A stretch of DNA of 45,410 nucleotides, from the IMG/VR virus record IMGVR_UViG_3300037851_000418, positions 1-45,410 of that record; one strand, 5' to 3'. Positions 1-9,368 of this stretch are shown here, in pieces (positions within the stretch are counted from its first letter, which is position 1; each line of letters starts with the position of its first letter). The notes below the pieces were generated by a model. That model had not been told where the DNA came from. It was given only the letters and a program-made list of their open reading frames with translations, and did not search any database. The position numbers were made by a program, and so were the translations under genes. Origin of the DNA: a virus (taxonomy: Duplodnaviria > Caudoviricetes).

Positions 1-254
1 TCACGAGCGCATCCGTAGCCTGATGGAGCCTCAATAACATGGGCTGGAGCGTAATCCTCGGAGAAGGCGCGACCGCCGTCACGTTCGACGCGAATATGCG
101 GTTCGACAGCGCCTTCAAGGCCAACCCCAACGAGAACGGCGACATCGAGAGCGTGGACTATCTCTTCGACGTCGAGGGCATCCTCGTCGATCCGACTCCC
201 GCGACCGTCGGCGCCGGCCTCGTGACGTACTCGGAGCTCGTGACCGAGCAGACC
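1..254 (+). repeat. Terminal direct repeat, copy 1 (assembly circularisation overlap)
   Basis: 1-254 matches 45157-45410 except C127 vs T45283. Confidence 0.97.
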
Positions 255-1058
255 CTCCCCGTCCGCGTCCAGATCAAGCAGGACGGGACGACGCGGTGGG
301 ACCTCCAGACCGAGGACGGCTTCAACGGCCCTTATGTGACCGAGTTCCGGTCGCTCGGCCGAGAGGAAGGTGGGAGCGGGAAGAGCCACTGGCGCTATGC
401 ATTCCAGATCAGCTTCAAGGGCAAGGGCAACGCCTCGGGCGGCGGGGAGACGCTCTACGAGTTCCAGACCTCGGTCGCGGTGACGAAAAAGAACGGGAGC
501 GTCGTCCGCAAGGTCTGGAAGGCCTCGGCGAAGTCGACCTCCGCCGACAGCGCCATCAGCGCCGTCATGGGATTCAAGCCGGCGGAGAAATACACCGTCG
601 AGGAGACGGAGAAGTTCACGCAGGACAAGCGCGCGACCGGGATCTGGATCTGGGAGGCGGACACGAAGGGCGTGAAGTCCTGGGTCTGCCGCGTCACCTG
701 GCGGCCCGGGAAGGGATTCATCGACCGTCCGTCCGCAGGGAATGCAGACCCTGTCCTCTATGCGAAGCAACGGGTCGCCTCCGTCTGCGAGGTGGACGGC
801 TCGATCATCAGCTACGATCCCGCGGTGATGCCCCCCGGGGAGCACTTCACGGAATCGGAGACGATGCGGCGATGCCCGGACATGGAGCGCCGGGGAGAGG
901 GCGCGGTCATCAACGGAGATCCGAGGAACGGGGAATACCGGCTGGACTACCACGAGGTCTGGAAGTCAACTCAGGGAGAACCTGCGCCGAAGCACTCGGA
1001 TGACCATCACATCATCAGCCTGGGCAGCGCGCCGGCGGATGGGGCGGTGAGCGGATGA
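39..1058 (+). CDS. Putative tail protein following the tape-measure candidate
   Basis: 339 aa, beta-rich; starts 1 nt after the TMP stop on the circle; function inferred from position only. Confidence 0.6.
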   Translation: MGWSVILGEGATAVTFDANMRFDSAFKANPNENGDIESVDYLFDVEGILVDPTPATVGAGLVTYSELVTEQTLPVRVQIKQDGTTRWDLQTEDGFNGPYVTEFRSLGREEGGSGKSHWRYAFQISFKGKGNASGGGETLYEFQTSVAVTKKNGSVVRKVWKASAKSTSADSAISAVMGFKPAEKYTVEETEKFTQDKRATGIWIWEADTKGVKSWVCRVTWRPGKGFIDRPSAGNADPVLYAKQRVASVCEVDGSIISYDPAVMPPGEHFTESETMRRCPDMERRGEGAVINGDPRNGEYRLDYHEVWKSTQGEPAPKHSDDHHIISLGSAPADGAVSG

Positions 1059-1060
1059 GG

Positions 1061-1381
1061 TTACTGAGGCTCGGACATGGAACGGAGACGCTCCATGTAC
1101 CATTCCATTGCTTCCTTTTCTGCTTTTTCCCCGGATTCTTCTATGTGTTTTTCGAGGCGGACCTTGCGCTCTTGCTCCTCGGCCTCGCGACGTCTCTTTA
1201 TCTCCTCGACCCTCTGACGGCACCTTTCAACATTCGCTTGGGCCTCGTCATTCCTGCGCTTGTACTGGACGAGCCCGTAGGATGTGACCGCAGCGAGAGC
1301 GATTACCATGAAGACGAGGAGGAACCAGAACACCGGATCGAACCCCTTTCCTCTACAGCGTTCCCTCCGTGCAGTTTCCAT
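1061..1381 (-). CDS. Membrane-anchored coiled-coil protein paralogous to the TMP C-terminus (moron; putative superinfection exclusion)
   Basis: GGAGG RBS; basic N-terminus, one TM helix (VFWFLLVFMVIALAAVTSYGLV); last 60 aa are 32/60 identical to the last 60 aa of 44585-45193. Confidence 0.85.
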   Translation of the reverse strand: METARRERCRGKGFDPVFWFLLVFMVIALAAVTSYGLVQYKRRNDEAQANVERCRQRVEEIKRRREAEEQERKVRLEKHIEESGEKAEKEAMEWYMERLRSMSEPQ

Positions 1382-1396
1382 AGAACCTCCATAGGA

Positions 1397-1425
1397 ACTA
1401 TAGCCCTGGCCCTGGCGGAAGGCAA
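1397..1425 (-). promoter_or_regulatory. Sigma70-type promoter for the antisense moron
   Basis: Minus strand TTGCCT-17 nt-TATAGT just upstream of the GGAGG RBS. Confidence 0.75.
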
Positions 1426-1434
1426 GGTGAATCC

Positions 1435-3900
1435 GTGACGGTCCTGCGCTGCGAGATCGTCTACCAGGGGTACAAGTGCGTCCGGGGGGCCTACCGGCGT
1501 TCGGACGGCCTCCAGCCTGAGCCCGGGGTGGTCGAGATCCCGCTCGAGGACATGGGCCGGATCGAGATCAAGGGCCGGTCGATTCCTTGGGAGGCTGTCA
1601 CCGGGGCCGAGTGCGACGGCTGCGTGGATATTCGGACCTGGGAGCGATTCAAGAAGTCGGCGACCACCACTGCGGACCGGGGCCCCATGCCGGAGCCGTC
1701 CGGGGGCCTGAACCTCTCCGGGGACCTCATCCTCCGGACCCTCGACGACAAGTCCGGGAAGGCGATCCATGAGATCCGGTACTCGGACGTCTACGTGGAC
1801 GTCGGGATCGAGGAGACGACGCGGGAGCTCGCGACGATCCTCGAGCACCGGGAGGGCCTGGTCCGCGTCCCGCTCACGGACATCCGGCAGTATTACGACC
1901 AGGGCGGTCTCCTCTGCCGCATCAACTGCCGGCGGAAAAACGGGATGTGGGATTACGAGACCCTGAAGGAGGATCAGAATCCCTGGTCCTTCATGGACGT
2001 CCTCGAGTTCCTGTTCTCCCAGCTCCCCGGTTCGCCTCCCATCGTGAAGGAGTGCGACGTTCGGGTCATGCAGTTCGACGCCCCGCAAGGAATCGAGGGC
2101 CAGGGCGAGTCCGCGGTGCAGTACCTCGATCGGTTCCTGGAGCGGTACGGCCTCAAGGCCCAGATGCAGCCCGACGGGAAATTCGCCGTCAACCTCAAGT
2201 CCTCGAACCGGATCGGGAAGCAGGTGATCGCAACGGCCCCGCGGAGTCCCGAAAGGATTTCCCCTGGGGATATGCAGTACGAGCGGCTGACGTCCACGCC
2301 CACGCGGAGGCCCTCGGCAGTCTGCGTCGTGGGCGGGAAGCGCATCCAGAGGGAGAGCGTCCACTGCGTCCCGGTCATCCAGGACCCGGAGGACGGCAAC
2401 TGGTACACGCTGGAGAACCGCTGCGGCGCCTGGGGTTATTCCCTGTCGGAGCTGAACCGTCACGTCTTCGTGAGCGGGCCGCGCCAGTACGCGGACGTCC
2501 CTCCGTCTCCGACCACGCACGATACCGTCAGAATTCACAACGGGCGCCGGGACGCTCTCAAGATGGCTTATCGGTACTATCTCCCGACGTTCATGATCGC
2601 GCCCTCGGGGATGGTCATCGGGACGGGCCGTCTCACGGATGACCCGGCCCTCGACCTGGTGCCATGGCTTCCAATGGTCGATTCCGCGTGGTATCTCCAG
2701 GAACTCCAGGGGGAATTCGCGGAGAAGCATCCGGAGGACAAGGCCTCCAAGGGGGACCTTGACGACTTCGTTCTCCTTCCTCCCGTGGTCCGCGCCAACT
2801 ATGTTGGAGAGAAATTCTTCAAAACCTGGAAGGAATTCGAGCGCGAGCACGAAGCGAGCATGGCCCGCGCGGTCGGGGTGAAGGACCAGCTCGAACTCCT
2901 GAAATACGAGTACGAGAAGAAGAACAAGAGCACCTACGACGAACTCAACGAGGCTCAGAAGAAAACCCAGGAGACGATTGACAACGCAAAGCTACTGAAG
3001 TTTGGGATTGAAAAGGGTGTTGTTAAGCCTGATGGGGACCTGGAAGTGGCTAAGGCCCGCCTGAAAAATATCATTTCAGAGGAAGAGAGGAAAAGGGCTT
3101 CTTCCGAATCGGAGGCCGCGAAGGAGGCCAAGAAAAGATACGAGGACATGATCCAGCACCTCGACAAGGAGATTAAGGATCAAGAGAAGGCGATCATAAC
3201 CATCAAGAATCAGATGGGGGAGATGAAGGATAGTTACGAGAAGAATGGCTCCCTCCTCGCCCGCTTCAACACCGGCCAGTGTGTCACGAAGAAGGCCAAG
3301 GTCGTCGACCTGAAGACGGGGCTTATAGAATCCTCGGTCCCCCTCGTGACGATCGACAAGCCCTTCTTCTTCAACGGCGACTCCGTCCACGTGGTTGCGA
3401 ACGGCGCCGTCGTGGTCACGTTCGGCCACGAGATCCGGGGCTCCTGGGCCGGCGCCTACACGAACTACCTCTGGTACGCGGACGACGGCGGGGACCCGAC
3501 CTCGGACGCGAAGCCGACCTTCGGGGGCTGTCATCGGTCCAGTCCCATCAAGGCGACGATGGTCCGGATGGAGTCCCGGGAGTACCTCCAGGAGAACGGG
3601 AACCCCGTGAATTACAACGCCTGCTACTCGGAGGCCAAGGGCAAGGCGGCCCAGATGCTCGCGGGCCCCGCGATCCTCCCCGGCTGGGTCATGGAGCTGC
3701 ACGGCCTCCGGAAGTGCGTCCTCGACGCGGGGATCTGCTCGGTCCAGCACGACTGGGACGGAACGGTCGGGCAGACTCACGTGTCCGTGAACGCCCCCGG
3801 AGCACGGATGCCGCTCCTGGCGCCCATGGCCCGGGCGCCCAGACGCACGGACCAGGCGGACCTCCGGGATACCCTCCAGCGCGAGAAAGGGGATGCGTAG
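1435..3900 (+). CDS. Large tail-tip/baseplate hub-like protein with central coiled coil
   Basis: 821 aa, GTG start, tail-module position; E/K-rich helical segment at about 2830-3240. Confidence 0.6.
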   Translation: MTVLRCEIVYQGYKCVRGAYRRSDGLQPEPGVVEIPLEDMGRIEIKGRSIPWEAVTGAECDGCVDIRTWERFKKSATTTADRGPMPEPSGGLNLSGDLILRTLDDKSGKAIHEIRYSDVYVDVGIEETTRELATILEHREGLVRVPLTDIRQYYDQGGLLCRINCRRKNGMWDYETLKEDQNPWSFMDVLEFLFSQLPGSPPIVKECDVRVMQFDAPQGIEGQGESAVQYLDRFLERYGLKAQMQPDGKFAVNLKSSNRIGKQVIATAPRSPERISPGDMQYERLTSTPTRRPSAVCVVGGKRIQRESVHCVPVIQDPEDGNWYTLENRCGAWGYSLSELNRHVFVSGPRQYADVPPSPTTHDTVRIHNGRRDALKMAYRYYLPTFMIAPSGMVIGTGRLTDDPALDLVPWLPMVDSAWYLQELQGEFAEKHPEDKASKGDLDDFVLLPPVVRANYVGEKFFKTWKEFEREHEASMARAVGVKDQLELLKYEYEKKNKSTYDELNEAQKKTQETIDNAKLLKFGIEKGVVKPDGDLEVAKARLKNIISEEERKRASSESEAAKEAKKRYEDMIQHLDKEIKDQEKAIITIKNQMGEMKDSYEKNGSLLARFNTGQCVTKKAKVVDLKTGLIESSVPLVTIDKPFFFNGDSVHVVANGAVVVTFGHEIRGSWAGAYTNYLWYADDGGDPTSDAKPTFGGCHRSSPIKATMVRMESREYLQENGNPVNYNACYSEAKGKAAQMLAGPAILPGWVMELHGLRKCVLDAGICSVQHDWDGTVGQTHVSVNAPGARMPLLAPMARAPRRTDQADLRDTLQREKGDA

Positions 3901-4263
3901 ATGTCAGAGTCGATCACCGTCCGGTACAACTCCGCGCCCACGATCAAGCGCGTGATGAAGGACACTCGGAACGAGGAGGACCCTGACGAGGTCCTGGACA
4001 TCACGGCCTACGACATCAAGCTGATCGTGAAGCAGGACGTGGAACTGGCGGACTCCCGGGCCTGGTTCGACGTGGACGCCGTGGTCACGGACGGCCCGAA
4101 CGGCGAGTACGAGTTCCAGCTCACGGCGGCCCAGACGTGCAACTGCCCGGGGACCTGGCCGGGGGAGATCCGCTGGTGGGCCACGGGCTACGTGGCGGGG
4201 ACGCCCCCCACGGATTCCGTGAGCGTGGACTTCACGATCGAGGACGTGGTGGACCTTCCGTAG
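3901..4263 (+). CDS. BppU-N-like baseplate/tail adaptor protein
   Basis: 120 aa; pattern DITAYDIKLIVK...VVTDGPNGEYEFQLTAAQT...PGTWPGEI resembles BppU N-terminal domains. Confidence 0.55.
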   Translation: MSESITVRYNSAPTIKRVMKDTRNEEDPDEVLDITAYDIKLIVKQDVELADSRAWFDVDAVVTDGPNGEYEFQLTAAQTCNCPGTWPGEIRWWATGYVAGTPPTDSVSVDFTIEDVVDLP

Positions 4264-4278
4264 CGGGACGACAAGACG

Positions 4279-5919
4279 ATGGCTTCTCCTTTCGGCGGCG
4301 GGGACCTCGGGGACGGGCAGGTCTATAACCCCACCGTCGAGGCCCTGACCTTCTGGGACCTCTCGGAATCCCCGACCACGAACGACCGCATCAAGAAGCT
4401 CGGGGCCGAGCTGGCCTCCCGCGCGCAGGCGCTCGCGGACTATGACGAGAAGGCCCACGTGGGGAAGTACGCGGACGCCCTCCAGCCGGATCGCGGGCAG
4501 AATCAGCCGGTCGTGACCCTCCGTCTCTTCGAGCCCGACAACTGGGTCCCCCGCCTGCATGAGGAGAACGGCCGCGGGAAGGATTCCGTCTGGGCCCTCC
4601 GGTTCATCAGCGACCACTCGAACTACGCGAAGGAGCGCGAGTGCCGCTCGACGATGGTCATCGACCAGGACGAGAAGGCGCAGTCCTGGGCTTGGCTCTC
4701 CGACGTGACCTGGCTCGTGGACCTCGGGACCAGCGTCGAGGACAACGAGCTTGCGTTCAACGGAGCTGGCTTCCTGACGATGCTCTACGCGACCGGGAAG
4801 CCGATAAAGAAGCGCGCGGCCCTCGCGATCAACATGGCGGGGAACGCGGGCTTCCTCACGCAGGGGACGGCGATCGGGCAGCTCCAGCACGTCCTCTGCA
4901 TCGTCGGCGCCGGCCAGGGGACCTTGACCAGGCCGACGAAGCAGACCGAGGCCGCCCTCCGCGGGGATGTCCACTTCTTCACCCAGAAAGGCCTCGCACA
5001 GTTCTACCACGAGCAGGAGAAGACGAAGGACGTCTACACGGACGAAGCCCGGGAGGTCCACTTCTACGTCTCGGAGAAGGACGCTCCGGACCTCGGGCTC
5101 GATGCTACCGACGATCTCCTTTCGAACCACAAGAAGATCCCGCGCCTGGGAGCGAAACAGTGGCGCGGATGGGTGAAGGTCCCGCGCAGCGGAGGGGGCG
5201 ACACCAAATACGACTACTCCTGGCACAAGAAGACCAGGAAAAAGCCCTCGAGCGGCGGTGGCGGAGGGGCGGGGACGGCCACGGAAGGCCACGGTGACAG
5301 GGCGCCGACTTCCAACGCCAGCGGGAACGAGAATCCCGACGGCAAGGCCAGAAACACGCAGAAAGACACGACGAATGGGGTCCCGACCTACGACGCATCG
5401 AAGTATGTGCTCATCGGAGGCGTCCTCGTCCCTATCTTCAGCGGGGCGGCGGCGACGCAAGTCCAGTACGGATCCCCCGAGGCATCCTCCCCCGCCTGGT
5501 GCCAGGACGTCAACATCTTTCCCCACGAGGACGGGACGGAGATCAATCCGACGGCGAGCTGGGAGTGCACGAAGGGGGCCGGCTATACGGATATAGCGAT
5601 GGAGCTGATGGTAAAGGTTTCGGATGCCATCACCCCCGGGGAAAGGCTTACGCTCGACATCAAGGTGATGTTTCTCGCGGACGACACCCCGCAGGCAGGC
5701 ACGGAGATATACGGGCGCCGGATCGAGCTGGACGATTCGACGCCCAGCGGTTCGGCCGCGGCGTACTCGAGGATCACGGCCTACTTCAGCGGATTCCCGA
5801 AGGAGGAGGGCGTTTTCAAGGTGTGGCTGGAGCGGCGCTGCGACGACCGGACCCTCGATCCGACTTACGACGCGGACGTCGAGGCCTGGGTCATGAGGTC
5901 GATGCCGGCTTATTACTGA
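4279..5919 (+). CDS. Putative tail structural protein
   Basis: 546 aa, backbone codon usage, Gly-rich linker between two domains. Confidence 0.55.
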   Translation: MASPFGGGDLGDGQVYNPTVEALTFWDLSESPTTNDRIKKLGAELASRAQALADYDEKAHVGKYADALQPDRGQNQPVVTLRLFEPDNWVPRLHEENGRGKDSVWALRFISDHSNYAKERECRSTMVIDQDEKAQSWAWLSDVTWLVDLGTSVEDNELAFNGAGFLTMLYATGKPIKKRAALAINMAGNAGFLTQGTAIGQLQHVLCIVGAGQGTLTRPTKQTEAALRGDVHFFTQKGLAQFYHEQEKTKDVYTDEAREVHFYVSEKDAPDLGLDATDDLLSNHKKIPRLGAKQWRGWVKVPRSGGGDTKYDYSWHKKTRKKPSSGGGGGAGTATEGHGDRAPTSNASGNENPDGKARNTQKDTTNGVPTYDASKYVLIGGVLVPIFSGAAATQVQYGSPEASSPAWCQDVNIFPHEDGTEINPTASWECTKGAGYTDIAMELMVKVSDAITPGERLTLDIKVMFLADDTPQAGTEIYGRRIELDDSTPSGSAAAYSRITAYFSGFPKEEGVFKVWLERRCDDRTLDPTYDADVEAWVMRSMPAYY

Positions 5920-5920
5920 T

Positions 5921-6493
5921 ATGGCGGACGCATTACTCCAGGTCCTGAAAGAGCACCTCGCCGGAGGCTATTTCTGGTTCGAGGACTACGAGACAGAGAT
6001 CGGGTCCTCGGGCCTGAAGGGCTTCTACCACTACGCCTCGATCGGCGATCCCTGGTCCTTTTTCCAGGCCGCCGGCGGCCACCAGTTCTCGCGGGAGTGG
6101 GACGCGGCCTCCTCGCGCCCGATCCCCCGCATCACGTCGGTCCTCGGCGGTGCTCTGACATCCTATCTCCGCCGGCGGATCCGGGTCCCCTACGACTTCG
6201 GGAGCTTCCCATCGAACGCGATCTCCCTCATCGTGCGCGCGAACGACATCACGGGCCCGACGCTCACGGCGACGCTGCTCAAGGCGGGGGTGGCCGACTC
6301 GGGGGTCAACGGCGTCTCTATTCTCCCGGCCCTGGCGGATACCTGGACCCTGAAGCAGCTTACTCCGGCGGACACCTATTCCCGGGGCGATCTCGTGACG
6401 CTTGAGATCGCGTGGGCGAGCGACGCGGCGGACCAGTACGCGGAGGTCGGGGACCTGGCGGCCGCCTACGTGTCGGGGAGGGGCAACGTATGA
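5921..6493 (+). CDS. Hypothetical (probable virion) protein
   Basis: 190 aa, tightly packed between neighbours. Confidence 0.6.
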   Translation: MADALLQVLKEHLAGGYFWFEDYETEIGSSGLKGFYHYASIGDPWSFFQAAGGHQFSREWDAASSRPIPRITSVLGGALTSYLRRRIRVPYDFGSFPSNAISLIVRANDITGPTLTATLLKAGVADSGVNGVSILPALADTWTLKQLTPADTYSRGDLVTLEIAWASDAADQYAEVGDLAAAYVSGRGNV

Positions 6494-7179
6494 CGACGGT
6501 GAGCCCTCCCGACCTGGTCGTGGCCTTCCTCCAGTGTGATCGTCCGGAGTACACCCGGCGGACGCTCGATAGCTTCACGAGGCACGCGGCCGGGATTGCG
6601 TGGGAGGGCTGGTACGCTGATGACGCCTCGACGGACCAAGCCAGCATGATCTCCCTCGTGGAGTCCTACGGGCTGAAGCCCGCCGTGGTCCACGATCGCC
6701 GGGGGGGCTGCACGCCGACGACGTTCCAGCTCGTCAAGGCCCTTACATACCGCTACGAGCCCGAGACCTTGGTCCTATACCTCCAGAACGACTTCGAGTT
6801 TCTCCGCCTGATCCCACTCCGCGAGATCCGGGAGCTGCTCGAGGAGCGTCCGGACGTCGGCTGGGTCCGCCTCGCTGGGGCCCATAACTCCGGGCCCGAT
6901 CGCCCCGCCATCAACGAGGCCTGGTGCGATCGCATCCCCCCCGCCCAGTGGTGGGACTACTCCGTGGGGGAGGAGGTCTTCGACGTGGGCAGGAGTTACT
7001 TCTGCTACAACCCGCCCCCGGTTGTTCATCTGGGGCTCCTGTATTACATCCTCCAGGAATCCAAGAGCGAGAAGGAGACCGCCTATCATGCCCTCGAGCT
7101 GGGAAAGCTCGCGGCGAGATTCAAGAACAACGTGGCGATCCACGTAGGCCTCGAGAAGACGTATGGATTCAAAAGCTGA
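6490..7179 (+). CDS. Glycosyltransferase, GT-A/GT2-like
   Basis: ATGA overlap with upstream gene; DRPEYTRRTLDSF, YADDAS, YLQNDFEF motifs; 229 aa. Confidence 0.75.
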   Translation: MTTVSPPDLVVAFLQCDRPEYTRRTLDSFTRHAAGIAWEGWYADDASTDQASMISLVESYGLKPAVVHDRRGGCTPTTFQLVKALTYRYEPETLVLYLQNDFEFLRLIPLREIRELLEERPDVGWVRLAGAHNSGPDRPAINEAWCDRIPPAQWWDYSVGEEVFDVGRSYFCYNPPPVVHLGLLYYILQESKSEKETAYHALELGKLAARFKNNVAIHVGLEKTYGFKS

Positions 7180-7894
7180 CGTCCTGACCCCGGACTGGAC
7201 GGTCGTGATGCCGACGCATCGGCCGAAGCGGCTGGAGCGTTCCATTCGCTCGGTGATGGACGCCCATCCGTATCCGATCAAGGCCGTCATCGTCGCGGGC
7301 GACGAGGCCACGGCGGAGGCCGCGAAGGCCCTCGGGCTCGATAGCGTGATGAATCCCGGGGAGTTCTGTACTTCCCGCGCGTGGAATCTCGGGCTCGCCC
7401 AGGTGAAGACCCCCTACGCCTTCGTCTTCGAGGACGACGCCCGGCTTCTCACGCCCATCGGCCTCGACGAGCTGGTCCGGATATCGCGAAGCATGAAGGA
7501 TTCGGCGATCCTGGCTCCGGCCCTCCGCGGGGACGTCCTCGGCCACAAGATCTTCACCGCTGGGGCTCCCTGGACGATGGCCGAGATCGGGCCGAAGGAC
7601 TTTACCCTCGTGGCCGCCCTGGTCCCGATGTCCCTCTACGCCCAGGTCGGGCCGTTCGATGAGATGCTGACCGGGTACGGGTACGAGGACACCGACTACG
7701 CCCTCCGGGCGAACGATGCCGGATTCAAGGTCATCATCTACCAGCGCGTCATCGTGGATCATGAATCCTACCTCTCCGCGTTCCGGGAAAGGAAGTCGGA
7801 CGGGCCCTCGCTCGGGAAGATCTGCTTCGATAACCGTTGTAAGTTCGTCGCGAAGCACGGCCGGAAGGCCATGAGGCTGATATCTAAATGGTGA
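7163..7894 (+). CDS. Glycosyltransferase family 2
   Basis: VVMPT, AWNLGL, FVFEDDA, GPFDEMLTGYGYEDTDYALRA motifs. Confidence 0.88.
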   Translation: MDSKADVLTPDWTVVMPTHRPKRLERSIRSVMDAHPYPIKAVIVAGDEATAEAAKALGLDSVMNPGEFCTSRAWNLGLAQVKTPYAFVFEDDARLLTPIGLDELVRISRSMKDSAILAPALRGDVLGHKIFTAGAPWTMAEIGPKDFTLVAALVPMSLYAQVGPFDEMLTGYGYEDTDYALRANDAGFKVIIYQRVIVDHESYLSAFRERKSDGPSLGKICFDNRCKFVAKHGRKAMRLISKW

Positions 7895-8646
7895 AGATCC
7901 TCGCCTGCGTCCCGGTCTACAACGAGGAGAAGCTGCTTCCCCATTTCCTCCGCCGCTACGAGCGGTTCTGCGACTCGATCCTCGTCTACGACAATGGCAG
8001 CACGGACCGGACGCTGGAGATCGCTGAAGCCCATCCGCTGGTGAGGATCAGGACCTTCCGGACGGACGGATTCGACGACGCGGCCTTCCTCGCCATCCTT
8101 ACCGCCGCCAAGACCGAGGCCCGCGGCGCCTTCGACTGGGTGATCCTCCCGGACTGCGACGAGCTGCTCCTGGGGGATGTGCGCGGGATACTCTCATCGG
8201 CCCCGAGCGATGTCCTGACTCCTCTCGGGTACTGCCTGGTCCAGTCCCCACAGGAACCGGCGCTCGACCTCGGCCGGGACATCCTGGAGCAGAGGTCCTT
8301 CGGCTGGAGGTCGGTCCGGTACTCGAAGCCGATCCTCATGCGCCCGGAGGCGGACGTGACGCTCCGACCCGGGAGGCATTCCGTCTTGAGCGACAACTAC
8401 GAGGTCGCCTGGCACCCGGGGCTCGCGCTCGTCCACGTCGAGATGATCGACTTCGACCTTTGGCGTTATCGGAAGAATCGGAGGCCTCTCAGTACCCTGA
8501 ACCTGAAAGCAGGCCACGCCACGGACCGCTTCTGCCTCTCCGAGAGGAGCCATCAGGATCAGTGGATCAACGCCGTCTCGCTCTCGATGGATCTCCGGCA
8601 GGACCTCGCGCAGTTCCTCCGCAGCCGGGAGGAGGTCTCCCGATGA
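7888..8646 (+). CDS. Glycosyltransferase family 2
   Basis: VPVYNEE, VYDNGSTDRT, DWVILPDCDE motifs. Confidence 0.88.
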   Translation: MVKILACVPVYNEEKLLPHFLRRYERFCDSILVYDNGSTDRTLEIAEAHPLVRIRTFRTDGFDDAAFLAILTAAKTEARGAFDWVILPDCDELLLGDVRGILSSAPSDVLTPLGYCLVQSPQEPALDLGRDILEQRSFGWRSVRYSKPILMRPEADVTLRPGRHSVLSDNYEVAWHPGLALVHVEMIDFDLWRYRKNRRPLSTLNLKAGHATDRFCLSERSHQDQWINAVSLSMDLRQDLAQFLRSREEVSR

Positions 8647-9368
8647 GAATCCACGTCGACGACTACGGCCTTGGGGACCACCTGGCGGTGACGGCGTTCG
8701 TCCGCGAATTCAAGCACCGCTGGCCGCAGGAACTCATCACGATCGCGAGCCAGAGGCATCAGTATATTTGGGAGAACAACCCTAACATCAACTGGGGCCG
8801 GGAAGAGATCCTCGGGAACGTGAAGCCCGACTTCAAGAAGAACCCGGACCTCGGGAATATGCCCCGGCAGATGTGCATGAACCTCGGCTTCATCCCGGAC
8901 GACACGCGGCCGGAGATCTTTCTCGCCGACACGGAGAAGGGCTTCGGACCCCTGGCCCTGCGCGGACTCCCAAGGCCCATCGTCGCGCTCGATTACCACG
9001 CCACGGCCTCCGAGCGCCGCTGGCCCCTGGAGCGGTTCCAGGAGGTCGTCCGTCTCCTGCGCGGGCAGGGCATCTCGACCGCGGAGATCGGGGGCAATCC
9101 CCCGAAGCTCTCGACCGACCGGGCGCTCTCCCTCGGCCTCCATGTCCGCCAGACGGCGGCGATCCTCGCGGAGTGCGACCTCTACATCGGGAACGACAGC
9201 GGTAGCTTCCACCTGGCGGCCTCGGTCGGGACGCCGCAGGTCGTACTCTTCGGCCCCACTCATTCGCGTTCGTTTGCCTACGAGAGCACGACGCCGCTGG
9301 ATAACTTCTGGCAGGTCTTCCCGGAGAACGTGCTGGAAAAGGTGAAGGAGGTCCTCGCCTGTGCCTGA
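8643..9368 (+). CDS. Glycosyltransferase family 9 (heptosyltransferase-like)
   Basis: ATGA overlap; GLGD, RRWPLERF, DLYIGNDSGSFHLAASVGTPQVVLFGPT signature; 241 aa. Confidence 0.9.
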   Translation: MRIHVDDYGLGDHLAVTAFVREFKHRWPQELITIASQRHQYIWENNPNINWGREEILGNVKPDFKKNPDLGNMPRQMCMNLGFIPDDTRPEIFLADTEKGFGPLALRGLPRPIVALDYHATASERRWPLERFQEVVRLLRGQGISTAEIGGNPPKLSTDRALSLGLHVRQTAAILAECDLYIGNDSGSFHLAASVGTPQVVLFGPTHSRSFAYESTTPLDNFWQVFPENVLEKVKEVLACA

